This document shows positions 45,847-55,136 of a stretch of 61,443 nucleotides of DNA, in pieces. Under the pieces are notes generated by a model. The model worked only from the letters and a program-made list of their open reading frames with translations, searched no databases and was not told the DNA's origin. The translations under genes and the position numbers were made by a program. The DNA is taken from positions 1 through 61,443 of the forward strand of contig JAJXYT010000014.1 in assembly GCA_021780375.1 (NCBI GenBank), in the 5' to 3' direction. The stretch's first letter is position 1. The number at the start of each line of letters is the position of its first letter. The stretch is from a bacterium. GTDB lineage: Bacteria > Verrucomicrobiota > Verrucomicrobiia > Limisphaerales > UBA11358.

Positions 45847-46767
45847 ATGCCCACGGTACATCGTTTGGTGCAGGGCGACGCACGTGACCTGTCGTTCATC
45901 CCCGACGCATCGGTTCATCTCGTGGTCACTTCTCCGCCGTATTGGACCCTGAAACGCTACAACGATTCGGAAGGCCAACTTGGCCATGTCGAGGATTTGG
46001 AAACGTTTCTCTCGGAATTGAATCGCGTGTGGCGCGAAACCTTCCGCATTCTGGTGCCGGGCGGCCGACTGGTGTGCGTCGTGGGCGACGTCTGCCTCTC
46101 GCGCCGGGAAAACAATGGACGACACACAGTCGTTCCCTTGCACTCGGAAATCTGCGTGGCGTGCCGCAAAATCGGCTTCGACAATCTGAACCCGATTATC
46201 TGGCACAAAATCTCGAACGCCAGCTATGAAGTGAGCAACGGTTCAAAGTTCCTGGGCAAGCCGTATGAGCCGAATGCCATCATCAAAAACGACATCGAGT
46301 TCATTCTCATGCAGCGAAAGCCCGGCGGCTACCGCAAGCCCACCGAGGAACAGCGCCGGTTGAGCATGATTCCCAAGGACAAATTCGACAAATGGTTTCA
46401 ACAGTTTTGGAATCTGACCGGCGCGTCCACGAAGGAACATCCCGCGCCGTTTCCGCTCGAACTGGCCTCGCGGCTGGTCCAGATGTTTTCGTTTGCCGGC
46501 GACACGGTCGTTGATCCGTTTTGCGGCACGGCCACCACGATGGTTGCCGCGCTCAAGCACGGGCGGAACAGCATCGGGGTGGAACTCGATGCAGCTTACT
46601 GCAAGATGGCGGCTTCGCGGCTGATGAACGAGAATGCGTCCCTGTTCGGAACTGCGAAATTACAAATCGAATTCAAGCTGCCGGGCGCGACCGTGAACGC
46701 GGTTACAGTTTTAAACGAAACCGCAAGGGGATACCACACGCGCAAACGCAAGAAAACAAGGCGGTAA
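45847..46767 (+). CDS. Amino (N4-C/N6-A) DNA methyltransferase, beta class, orphan
   Basis: Motif IV TSPPY precedes HPAPFP and motif I DPFCGTATT. Confidence 0.92.
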   Translation: MPTVHRLVQGDARDLSFIPDASVHLVVTSPPYWTLKRYNDSEGQLGHVEDLETFLSELNRVWRETFRILVPGGRLVCVVGDVCLSRRENNGRHTVVPLHSEICVACRKIGFDNLNPIIWHKISNASYEVSNGSKFLGKPYEPNAIIKNDIEFILMQRKPGGYRKPTEEQRRLSMIPKDKFDKWFQQFWNLTGASTKEHPAPFPLELASRLVQMFSFAGDTVVDPFCGTATTMVAALKHGRNSIGVELDAAYCKMAASRLMNENASLFGTAKLQIEFKLPGATVNAVTVLNETARGYHTRKRKKTRR

Positions 46768-46852
46768 CCCGCCACAATCACGAGGCTCTTTGGTCAAATT
46801 CCATGCTGCTTGGCTTTTCTGATTGAAAAACAATTTCTACGTCGTTCGCGGT

Positions 46853-48283
46853 TCAGCGGCGGGGGCGCCCTTTTCGGGCCACCCCGGTCTTGATCGCGGC
46901 GGCGGTGACGGCGGCGGCGACCCGTTGCACCACTTCACGGTTGAAGACGCTGGGCACGATGTATTCGGGGCTTAATTGCCGGCGCGCGATGCAGCCCGCA
47001 ATGGCGTGCGCGGCGGCCAGCTTCATCGGCTCATTGATGCGGCGGGCGCGCACGTTCAAGGCGCCCCGGAAGATTCCCGGAAACGCCAGCACGTTGTTGA
47101 TCTGGTTGGGATAGTCGCTGCGGCCGGTCGCCACGATCCACGCCTTCGCCGCCGCTTCCTCCGGCATGATTTCCGGGATGGGATTGGCCATCGCAAAAAC
47201 TATCGGCCGGGCCGCCATGCGCCGGAGCGACTTCGCCGCAATCAATCCCGGCCCGGAGACGCCGATCAAAACATCCGCCCTCCGCAAGGCGTCCTCGACT
47301 CCGCCGCTCAAGCCGCGGGGATTGGTGGCGGCCGCGAGCCGGGTCTTGGCTTCATTCAAATCGGTGCGCGTGCGGCGGTTGAGAATTCCTTTCCGGTCGC
47401 AAACGACGATGTCTTTCACGCCCGCCTCCAGCAGGATCACCGCGATGGCGGTTCCCGCCGCGCCCGCGCCGAGAATCACGATCCGCAGCCCGGCGAGTTT
47501 GCGGCCTGACAAGCGCGAAGCATTCAATAGCGCCGCCAGCACCACCACCGCGGTGCCGTGCTGGTCGTCGTGAAAGACGGGAATGTCCAGCCGTTCCTGC
47601 AAACGCCGCTCGATTTCGAAACAGCGCGGCGCTGAGATGTCCTCGAGGTTGATGCCGCCAAAACCCACCGCGAGATTGGCGACGGTATTGATGATTTCCT
47701 CGGTGTCCTGGGTGCGCAGGCAGATCGGGTAGGCGTCAATGCCGGCAAATTCCTTGAACAACATGGCCTTGCCTTCCATGACGGGCATCGCGGCTTCCGG
47801 ACCGATGTCGCCGAGGCCCAGCACCGCCGAACCGTCGCTGACCACCGCGACGGAATTGCCTTTGATCGTCAGTTGCCAGGCTTTGGCGTGCTGGTCCGCA
47901 ATGGCGGAACACACGCGTGCCACGCCGGGGGTGTAAGCCATCGAAAGCGTGTCCCGCGTCGTCAGCGGCACTTTGTTCTGAATCGAAATCTTCCCGCCGA
48001 GATGCAGGAGGAAAACCTGGTCCGAGACGTTGGCCACGGTCACTTCCTTCAGTTTGCGGATGGCTTGCACGATGGTTTCCATGTGTTGATAGCCGCGCGC
48101 CCGCACGGTGACATCGCGCGTCATGCGTTTGGCGTCCGGATTCACAATGTCCACGGCGCCGAGGTCGCCGCCGTGCCGGCCGATGACATGGGTGAGCCGC
48201 GCGAACATGCCGATGTGGTTGGGGTAGGTCAGCCGCATGACGAAGCTGTAGCTGACGGACGGACGTATTTTGGTGGGGGTCAT
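46853..48283 (-). CDS. NAD(P)-dependent malic enzyme with N-terminal ACT domain
   Basis: [55 protein letters not shown]. Confidence 0.95.
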   Translation of the reverse strand: MTPTKIRPSVSYSFVMRLTYPNHIGMFARLTHVIGRHGGDLGAVDIVNPDAKRMTRDVTVRARGYQHMETIVQAIRKLKEVTVANVSDQVFLLHLGGKISIQNKVPLTTRDTLSMAYTPGVARVCSAIADQHAKAWQLTIKGNSVAVVSDGSAVLGLGDIGPEAAMPVMEGKAMLFKEFAGIDAYPICLRTQDTEEIINTVANLAVGFGGINLEDISAPRCFEIERRLQERLDIPVFHDDQHGTAVVVLAALLNASRLSGRKLAGLRIVILGAGAAGTAIAVILLEAGVKDIVVCDRKGILNRRTRTDLNEAKTRLAAATNPRGLSGGVEDALRRADVLIGVSGPGLIAAKSLRRMAARPIVFAMANPIPEIMPEEAAAKAWIVATGRSDYPNQINNVLAFPGIFRGALNVRARRINEPMKLAAAHAIAGCIARRQLSPEYIVPSVFNREVVQRVAAAVTAAAIKTGVARKGRPRR

Positions 48284-48284
48284 A

Positions 48285-48344
48285 GATAAAGATTAAGATA
48301 AAGATTACGATTACGATTACGATTAAGAAAGAGATTAAGATTAA
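48285..48344. repeat. Ten-unit hexamer tandem array GAT(T/A)A(A/C)
   Basis: GATAAA GATTAA GATAAA GATTAC GATTAC GATTAC GATTAA GAAAGA GATTAA GATTAA fills the whole intergenic gap. Confidence 0.85.
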
Positions 48345-49462
48345 GACGCGCCTTGAGGGTTGTTCGGTGGGGACCCTCCGCCGTCCCGTAAGGCGGGACT
48401 ATTGACGACAGGGGCAGGGCGGTGGCTGGAAATCCATTCTTCGGCCAGGCGGTAGCCGACGGCCAATAAAGTCGGTCCGAGAAAAACACCAATGAAGCCG
48501 AAGGCCAGCGCGCCGCCAATCACGCCAATGAAAATCAGGATGAACGGCATGTTGCTGCCCTGGCTGATGAGCCATGGCTTGACGACGTTGTCGAGGCTGG
48601 CCACGCCCACGCCCCAGATGAGCATGAAAATGCCCCAGCCGGTCGCCCCTTGATGGAACAACCAGAGCGCCGCGGGAATCCAGACCAGCCCGGTCCCCAC
48701 GACGGGCACGATGGAGGCGAAAAAGGTCAGCAACGCCAGCAACGCGGCCCCGGGCACGCCGGCGATGAGCAGGCCGATGCCGGTCATGACCGCCTGCGCC
48801 AGCGCGGTGCCGAGGATGCCATAGACCACGCCGCGAACGGTCTGGCCGGCCACGGTCAGCAGATGTTTGCCTTGTTCGCCGCCGATGCTTTCAACCACCG
48901 TGGTCAGCCGGCCGGCGGCGGCCACGCCGTCGCGGAACAGGAAGAACGCGATGAAGATGCTCAACGCCAGTTGCACCAGGCCGCCGCCCAGCGCCAGGCC
49001 GCGTTGGAGCAGCCAGGCGCTTGCGGGTTTGATGAACTGCTCCGTTTCCGCCCACAGTCTGGCGGTGTCCGCCGTCAAGCTTTGCCAGTATTCCGTCGCC
49101 CAGGCACCGACGACCGGCACGCGAGCCAGCCAGTCGGGCGGGGCGGGCGGGCCGTTTTGGACCCAGGCTTTAACGGCGCCGGCGAGCTGATGGATATTGT
49201 CGGCGAGGGTGGCGCCGATGATGACGAAGGGCAGAAGGATGATGAGGACCATGGCCAGGGTCATCAGGAAGGCGGCCAGGGTGCGCCGGTTGCGGACCCA
49301 TCCGAGGAGCCGGCGATAGACGGGCCAGCTGGAAAAGCAGAGCACCACCGCCCAGAGCAGCGCGGATACAAACGGGCGCAACACGAGCAGGCAGCCGAGC
49401 AGCAGGGCCAGCAGGACAATCCAGCCGAGGTTCTGCTCCAGTTTGGACCGCAATGGGTTCAT
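48341..49462 (-). CDS. AI-2E (YdiK-like) family transporter
   Basis: PF..ALLWA, GVVYG..GTA..Q, DNVVKP.LIS, GV.GG..AFG.IG.FLGP. Confidence 0.9.
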   Translation of the reverse strand: MNPLRSKLEQNLGWIVLLALLLGCLLVLRPFVSALLWAVVLCFSSWPVYRRLLGWVRNRRTLAAFLMTLAMVLIILLPFVIIGATLADNIHQLAGAVKAWVQNGPPAPPDWLARVPVVGAWATEYWQSLTADTARLWAETEQFIKPASAWLLQRGLALGGGLVQLALSIFIAFFLFRDGVAAAGRLTTVVESIGGEQGKHLLTVAGQTVRGVVYGILGTALAQAVMTGIGLLIAGVPGAALLALLTFFASIVPVVGTGLVWIPAALWLFHQGATGWGIFMLIWGVGVASLDNVVKPWLISQGSNMPFILIFIGVIGGALAFGFIGVFLGPTLLAVGYRLAEEWISSHRPAPVVNSPALRDGGGSPPNNPQGAS

Positions 49463-49473
49463 GGCCGAACGGC

Positions 49474-49552
49474 AGGCTAAACGCTAAAGGCTGAATTCTA
49501 AATGCTAAAGTTTATATCCGTTTCAGCCCTTGGCCTTCAGCCTTCACCCTTT
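49474..49552. repeat. Inverted pair of heptamer arrays (GGCTGAA / TTCAGCC type)
   Basis: AGGCTAA ACGCTAA AGGCTGA ATTCTAA ATGCTAA ... TTCAGCC CTTGGCC TTCAGCC TTCACCC. Confidence 0.7.
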
Positions 49553-49565
49553 CCCAGGCGTTGAG

Positions 49566-51614
49566 CTATTCTTTGGTTCGGAGGACAGCAGGTGAAGTTG
49601 GCATGGCTGGATGCGGCTGGCCGTCCACGTCCTCGGCCTGCCGGGCGTTGGCGCGTTCGACAATTTTGCGATAGGTCGCCAGCGCCAGCAACGGCCAGGC
49701 GTTGCGATACATGTCGTATTTCAAATAGAAAACCTTGGGGAACCCCGTGCCGGTGGTTTCATGTTCCGTCCATGACCCGTCGGGGTTTTGCGTGCGGGTG
49801 AGATATTCGATGCCGCGCTTGAGATGCGGATTGTCCGGGTCGTCGAACGCGCACAGGCCCATGACCGCCCAGGCGGTTTGCGACGCCGTGCTGGGCCCGC
49901 GCGCCTTGAAGACCGGGTCGTCATAGGTATTGCAACGTTCGCCCCAGCCGCCGTCGTCGTGCTGGACGCTTTCCAGCCAGTGCCGCGCCTTGAGCAGCCA
50001 CGGCTGGGTCATATCGAGATTCATCGCGCGCAGGCCGCGCAACACCTGCCAGGTGCCGTAAATATAATTCACCCCCCAACGGCCGTACCACGAGCCGTCG
50101 GGTTCCTGTTGCGAGCGGATGTAATCCAGCGCCCGCTTCACGCGCGCATGGTTCGCCCGGAAATTTTCCGCGCCGAGCAATTCCAGAATGCGCGCGGTGA
50201 TGTCGGCGCATTCGGGGTCGAGCATGGCGTTGTGGTCGGCAAACGGGACCTTTTCGAGGATGTTCTTGGTGCAATCCTTGTCAAACGCCGCCCAGCCGCC
50301 GTCCTTGCACTGGAAGGTCAGCATCCAGGTCAGGCCGCGCTGGAAACATTCGTCGCGCCGGCCCGGATGGTCGGTGGGAATCTTGCGGAGCGCGAGCAGC
50401 ACCATCGCCGTGTCGTCCACGTCCGGGTTCCATTGATTATTGAATTCAAAGACCCAGCCGCTGGGTTCGACGCGGGTGGGGTTTTTGTGGTGCCAGTCGC
50501 CCCGGATGCGGATTTCCCGGTCCATCAGCCAGGTGGCACCTTTTTTCAGGGCGGGATGATTTTCGGAAATGCCCGACTCGTGCAGGGCAATGATGACGTA
50601 CGAGGTGTCCCATACCGGCGAGAAGCACGGCTCAATGCGCACGCTGTCGGTGGTTTCATGCTCCAGCTTCTTCAATTCATGGGCGGCGCGGACGACCTCC
50701 GGATGCTCGTCGGGATAGCCGAGCGACTGGAGGGCGATGAGCGAATTGAGCATGGCCGGGAAAATCGCCGCCAACCCGTCCGAATGTTCGAAGCGTTCCA
50801 GCATCCATTGCTCGCACTTCCGCAGGGCGCGCTTGCGGAAGGGATGGATTTTATGTTCGGCGAACCATTCGGCGAATTTATGCAACCGGTCGAGCCAGAG
50901 GAAGAAATTCCGCCACGACAACGCGTCCGGGTCGGGCGCCAGCGCCAGGTCGCGTTCATGCAGACCTTCGGGATACAGCTCGTCCAGGTCCACCTTGACC
51001 GGGCGGGTGGGTTTGAAATGGTTGATGATGGCCAGCGGCACGAGCATGGCGCGCGACCAGTTGCTCATGTCCCAGAAATTCACGTGGAACCATTTGCCGA
51101 TGAGCAGCACTTCGCAGGGGATGGTCGGGACGTATTCCCAGGAATAAAGCCCGAGCAGCGCCAGATACAGCTTGGCGAACGTGTTCATGCGCGGCACGCC
51201 GCCCAGGTGCAATGCCACTTCGCGCGCACGCAGCATCCGCGGGTCGGTTTCCGGCACCCCGGCGAGTTTGAGGGCGAGATACGCCTTGATGGTGGCGTTC
51301 ACGTCCGACGGGCCGCCGTAATAAATGTTCCAGCCGCCGTCGGCCAGTTGCATGGAGAAAAGGTGATTGACGGCCTTGCGCTGCCATTCGGGATCCACCT
51401 TTCCGTTCCAATGATGGTACGCCACCGTGTCGGACACGAGCGTGGAATCCACCATCAATTCGCCGACCCAGTAACCCTCGGGCTTTTGCAGGCCCAACAG
51501 GTGTTCCTGTGACCGCAGAATCGCCGTCTCAATCTCCCTCTCAAAATCCGTTTGAAGCCGGGCCGCGCGAGGCGACTGCGTCGTCTGAACCCTTGATTCG
51601 CTTTCAGTCAACAC
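49566..51614 (-). CDS. shc: Squalene--hopene cyclase
   Basis: DVDDTA catalytic motif, QW repeats (Q..DGGW, QEPDGSWYGRWG), SPVWDT, TGTGFP; start approximate. Confidence 0.96.
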   Translation of the reverse strand: MLTESESRVQTTQSPRAARLQTDFEREIETAILRSQEHLLGLQKPEGYWVGELMVDSTLVSDTVAYHHWNGKVDPEWQRKAVNHLFSMQLADGGWNIYYGGPSDVNATIKAYLALKLAGVPETDPRMLRAREVALHLGGVPRMNTFAKLYLALLGLYSWEYVPTIPCEVLLIGKWFHVNFWDMSNWSRAMLVPLAIINHFKPTRPVKVDLDELYPEGLHERDLALAPDPDALSWRNFFLWLDRLHKFAEWFAEHKIHPFRKRALRKCEQWMLERFEHSDGLAAIFPAMLNSLIALQSLGYPDEHPEVVRAAHELKKLEHETTDSVRIEPCFSPVWDTSYVIIALHESGISENHPALKKGATWLMDREIRIRGDWHHKNPTRVEPSGWVFEFNNQWNPDVDDTAMVLLALRKIPTDHPGRRDECFQRGLTWMLTFQCKDGGWAAFDKDCTKNILEKVPFADHNAMLDPECADITARILELLGAENFRANHARVKRALDYIRSQQEPDGSWYGRWGVNYIYGTWQVLRGLRAMNLDMTQPWLLKARHWLESVQHDDGGWGERCNTYDDPVFKARGPSTASQTAWAVMGLCAFDDPDNPHLKRGIEYLTRTQNPDGSWTEHETTGTGFPKVFYLKYDMYRNAWPLLALATYRKIVERANARQAEDVDGQPHPAMPTSPAVLRTKE

Positions 51615-51759
51615 GCCTCTATTTTGCGGGGTTCCGGCCGGGCTGTAAAGGTTTTTAGGAGCGGGTTGGCGCCATAAGAAACTTAAATTTTTGTGTTGGA
51701 CAAACCTGGCAATTTCTCCTAGTTGATAAACCGGCGGTGGGACAGACACCGCACAGGCC

Positions 51760-52521
51760 ATGAGCTACAAGATTTCCCGCTACGGCTGGCTGCCGGATTT
51801 GCCGGATCATCGCGACCATTTCTACGCCGCGCCGGTCGCATGGGTGGAGGCTTTGCCCCCGAGCAAGGATTTGCGCGCCCACTGCCCGCCGGTGTACGAC
51901 CAGGGCCAGCTCGGCAGTTGCACCGCCAATGCCATCGCCGGGGCGATTGAATTTGACCGGCTGAAACAAAAAGCAACCGACTTTACCCCCTCGCGCCTGT
52001 TTGTCTATTACAACGAGCGCGTGATCGAACATACGGTGGAATCAGACAGCGGCGCGCAAATCCGCGACGGCATCAAAAGCGTCGCCAAACAGGGCGATTG
52101 CCCGGAAACCGAATGGCCGTACGTCATCGCCAAATTCAAGGCCAAACCGCCGGCAAAATGTTACACCGACGCGCTCAAATACCGGGTGGTGTCGTATCAG
52201 CGTCTGGTCCCGCTGCTCAGCCAGTTGAGAGGCTGCCTGGCTTCGGGGTATCCGTTCGTGTTTGGTTTCACCGTCTATGAAAGCTTTGAAAGTCCGCAGG
52301 TGGCCCGCACCGGTCATGCTTCGCTGCCGGGCACGGGTGAGCGCGCCATTGGCGGCCACGCCGTTGTCGCCGTCGGTTACCAGGACGCGAAACAATGGTT
52401 CATAATCCGGAATTCCTGGGGCAACCGGTGGGGACTAAAGGGTTATTTTACATTACCTTATGCTTATTTGACCGATGAAAATTTAGCCAGTGACTTCTGG
52501 ACAATCCGTGTGGTTCAGTGA
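51760..52521 (+). CDS. Papain-like C1 cysteine peptidase (no signal peptide)
   Basis: DQGQLGSCTA, GGHAV..VGY, IRNSWG..WG.KGYF. Confidence 0.93.
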   Translation: MSYKISRYGWLPDLPDHRDHFYAAPVAWVEALPPSKDLRAHCPPVYDQGQLGSCTANAIAGAIEFDRLKQKATDFTPSRLFVYYNERVIEHTVESDSGAQIRDGIKSVAKQGDCPETEWPYVIAKFKAKPPAKCYTDALKYRVVSYQRLVPLLSQLRGCLASGYPFVFGFTVYESFESPQVARTGHASLPGTGERAIGGHAVVAVGYQDAKQWFIIRNSWGNRWGLKGYFTLPYAYLTDENLASDFWTIRVVQ

Positions 52522-52548
52522 TAAATTTAACTAAACCCAATAAAAACC

Positions 52549-52869
52549 ATGACTCTGACCAAACGCGACCTCGTAATTCGCATCAGCAACGAGACTGGCC
52601 TCGTCCAACAGCAAGTGTTCGACGTGGTCCAGAAAACATTGGACTACATCGCCGAGGCCCTGGCCAAAGGCGACAAAGTGGAATTGCGCAACTTCGGCGT
52701 CTTCGAAGTCAAAGTTCGCAAGGCGCGCGTCGGCCGCAACCCGAACAAACCGGAAACCGACGTGCCTATTCCCGCCCGCGCCACCGTGAAATTCAAGGCC
52801 GGCAAGGAAATGCGCGCCGACGTCTTCAAGCTCTCGCCGAAGGCGCAGGCATCGACGGCCTCGGTTTGA
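52549..52869 (+). CDS. HU/IHF-family nucleoid protein
   Basis: TKRDL, VELRNFGVF, R.GRNP, V.IPAR..VKFKAGK. Confidence 0.95.
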   Translation: MTLTKRDLVIRISNETGLVQQQVFDVVQKTLDYIAEALAKGDKVELRNFGVFEVKVRKARVGRNPNKPETDVPIPARATVKFKAGKEMRADVFKLSPKAQASTASV

Positions 52870-52986
52870 GTGGGTCAAATGGGCCGGGCGCTTGCGCGCC
52901 AACGGAATTGATGACCGGACTTTTTCAAAAATCCGCAAAAGAGTTATTTAGTTTTTGCGGATTTTATGCTTTTTTGCGGCTGATTT

Positions 52987-54312
52987 ATGGAACGACTGCC
53001 CGGTTTCCGCGATTTTTATCCCGAACCCCTGCCGTCCCGCGACGCGGGATGGAGTTTTGACGCCCGCCAATACGTTTTCGACAAATGGCGCGAAACTGCC
53101 CGGCGTTACGGCTTCCGCGAATACGACGGCCCGCCGCTGGAATCGCTCGAACTGTTCACCACCAAAAGCGGCGACGAAATCGCCGGCCAGCTTTACAATT
53201 TCACCGACAAGGGTGGCCGCGCCGTCGCGCTCCGGCCGGAAATGACGCCGACGCTGGCGCGCATGGCCGCCGCGCACGAACGCAATTACAAGAAACCGAT
53301 CAAGTGGTTCGCCGTCCCGCAATTGTTCCGCTATGAACGCCAGCAGAAAGGCCGGTTGCGCGAGCATTTCCAGTTCAACGCCGATCTCATCGGCGAGACC
53401 GATCCGGCGGCGGACGCGGAACTGATCGCGCTGTTGATTGACACGCTGCGGTCGTTCGGGCTGGCCGAACAGGATTTTGTCATCCGCCTGAGCAGCCGGA
53501 ACGCGTGGACTGACTATTACAGAAGTCAAAGGCGCTTTTCGCCCGGAACGCCGGGCGCCGTCCCGGCGCGAGCGGAACACAACGTGAAACAGGCCGGGTC
53601 GGCGCCCGGCGTTCCGTCTGATTGGGCGAAGGAATATGATTTTTTCCAGACGATTGACAAACTGGAGCGCACGCCGCCGGCGGAGAGTGAAAAGAAACTG
53701 GCCGCGCTCGGTTTCTCCTTGGCCGATGTGAACCGTTTCATCGAATCCGGCAAGCCGACGACAGAGTTGCAGAGCATTCTGGACAATCTCGGTGCGCGCG
53801 GTCTGCGCGATTTTGTGAAGGTGGACTACCACGTCATTCGCGGGCTGGCGTATTACACCGGGGTGGTGTTTGAGGCGTTCGATGCCAAAGGCGAGTTCCG
53901 CGCCATCGCCGGCGGCGGACGCTACGACAATCTCGTCAAACTCGTCAGCGGCGGCAAGGTGGATTTGCCCGCGCTCGGCTTTGGCATGGGCGACGTGGTG
54001 CTGCTGGAACTGCTGAAGGCACGCGGTCGGTTGCCAAAATTCGACGCCGTCACCGATGTTTTTGTTTTGATTGAAGACGAAACATTGCGCGCCCAATCGC
54101 TCAAGCTCGTGCAGGATTTGCGCGCCGCCGGGTTTGCCGTGGATTATCCGCTGACGCCCGTCAAACCGGACAAGCAATTCAAGCGGGCGCAGGAGTTGAA
54201 GGTGGGTCACACTGCCCGGGTGGAAAGCGACGCCTATGTGCGCATCCGGAATTTGAAGACCCGCGAGGAAATCGTCGCCGGCTTTGCCGACGTGGCGAAT
54301 CATCTGGGGTGA
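52987..54312 (+). CDS. hisS: Histidine--tRNA ligase (with in-frame palindrome insertion)
   Basis: LRPEMT, FRYERQQKGRLREH.QF, RGLAYYTG, GGGRYD, GFGMG. Confidence 0.96.
   Translation: MERLPGFRDFYPEPLPSRDAGWSFDARQYVFDKWRETARRYGFREYDGPPLESLELFTTKSGDEIAGQLYNFTDKGGRAVALRPEMTPTLARMAAAHERNYKKPIKWFAVPQLFRYERQQKGRLREHFQFNADLIGETDPAADAELIALLIDTLRSFGLAEQDFVIRLSSRNAWTDYYRSQRRFSPGTPGAVPARAEHNVKQAGSAPGVPSDWAKEYDFFQTIDKLERTPPAESEKKLAALGFSLADVNRFIESGKPTTELQSILDNLGARGLRDFVKVDYHVIRGLAYYTGVVFEAFDAKGEFRAIAGGGRYDNLVKLVSGGKVDLPALGFGMGDVVLLELLKARGRLPKFDAVTDVFVLIEDETLRAQSLKLVQDLRAAGFAVDYPLTPVKPDKQFKRAQELKVGHTARVESDAYVRIRNLKTREEIVAGFADVANHLG
53544..53616. repeat. 24-bp near-perfect inverted repeat inside hisS
   Basis: CGGAACGCCGGGCGCCGTCCCGGC (53544-53567) pairs with GCCGGGTCGGCGCCCGGCGTTCCG (53593-53616) with one mismatch. 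Confidence 0.85.
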
Positions 54313-54381
54313 ATCAAACCCACCCGGCCAATTTGTTTCAGATTGCTTTGGGGTGGGAAGTCGAGGCCCCGGCAATACCGG

Positions 54382-54457
54382 CGCAGCGGCTTTCGGCGGA
54401 AAGCCGCACTCCCGGGTTTTTCCAGGGTGCGCGGCGCTCTGCCGGGACGCCGCTGCG
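54382..54457. repeat. REP-like inverted pair downstream of hisS
   Basis: CGCAGCGGCTTTCGGCGGAAAGCCGC ... GCGGCGCTCTGCCGGGACGCCGCTGCG. Confidence 0.65.
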
Positions 54458-54752
54458 GTCCGGTGGAAATTGTTCGAAAGCATCAAGTCACGATTGATTC
54501 GGCCCAACGATTTTCCAGCCGGGTGGAAAACTGCATCAAACCCCGGCCCGTCCATCCGGCGGACGTTCTTGATTGGCTCAGGAAAAAATGCGGGCTGAGC
54601 GGCAATTCCATTAATATGACACCTTTGTTTATTACGGCCAACTGTCATTCTAAAAATGACTCCTGGTAACGCTGAAGCGCCTGGTGAGATTCGTCCGTTC
54701 CGGCGGCATTATTTTTGCTTTATAATTGCTCAAAATCAGACAAAACGATGTA

Positions 54753-55067
54753 ATGATACTGGAAGACAATTTTTTCCCTGATCCCAAGGAGCATCCGCCA
54801 ACGATCACCGCCGCGGAGCTTTGTGAGCGGTTTGCGGCGGCGGGTCTGCCGTGCAAGGCCGAGCGCCGGCAGGAAGACGTGAAGATTATTTTCGAGGGCC
54901 GCAAGTCCAACCTGCTTTTCACCGTGAACGCGTCCGGAAACCTCCTGACCGCCACCCTGCCGGATGAGTCGGATTACGACGCGGACTTTGCCTGTGCCCT
55001 GTTCGAGGTTTTCGACAGCATCGGATGGAGCTACGAGCCAACCCAGGAGGATCAGGACCAGGATTGA
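54753..55067 (+). CDS. Small acidic hypothetical protein
   Basis: About 104 aa ORF with genome-like GC3 codon usage, TATAAT about 30 nt upstream. Confidence 0.6.
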   Translation: MILEDNFFPDPKEHPPTITAAELCERFAAAGLPCKAERRQEDVKIIFEGRKSNLLFTVNASGNLLTATLPDESDYDADFACALFEVFDSIGWSYEPTQEDQDQD

Positions 55068-55136
55068 TCAGGCCTGACGCGGGCCCTGTGCCGCGCCGGC
55101 AATCACCCGGCTGACAACGATTTCCAGAACGACTTT

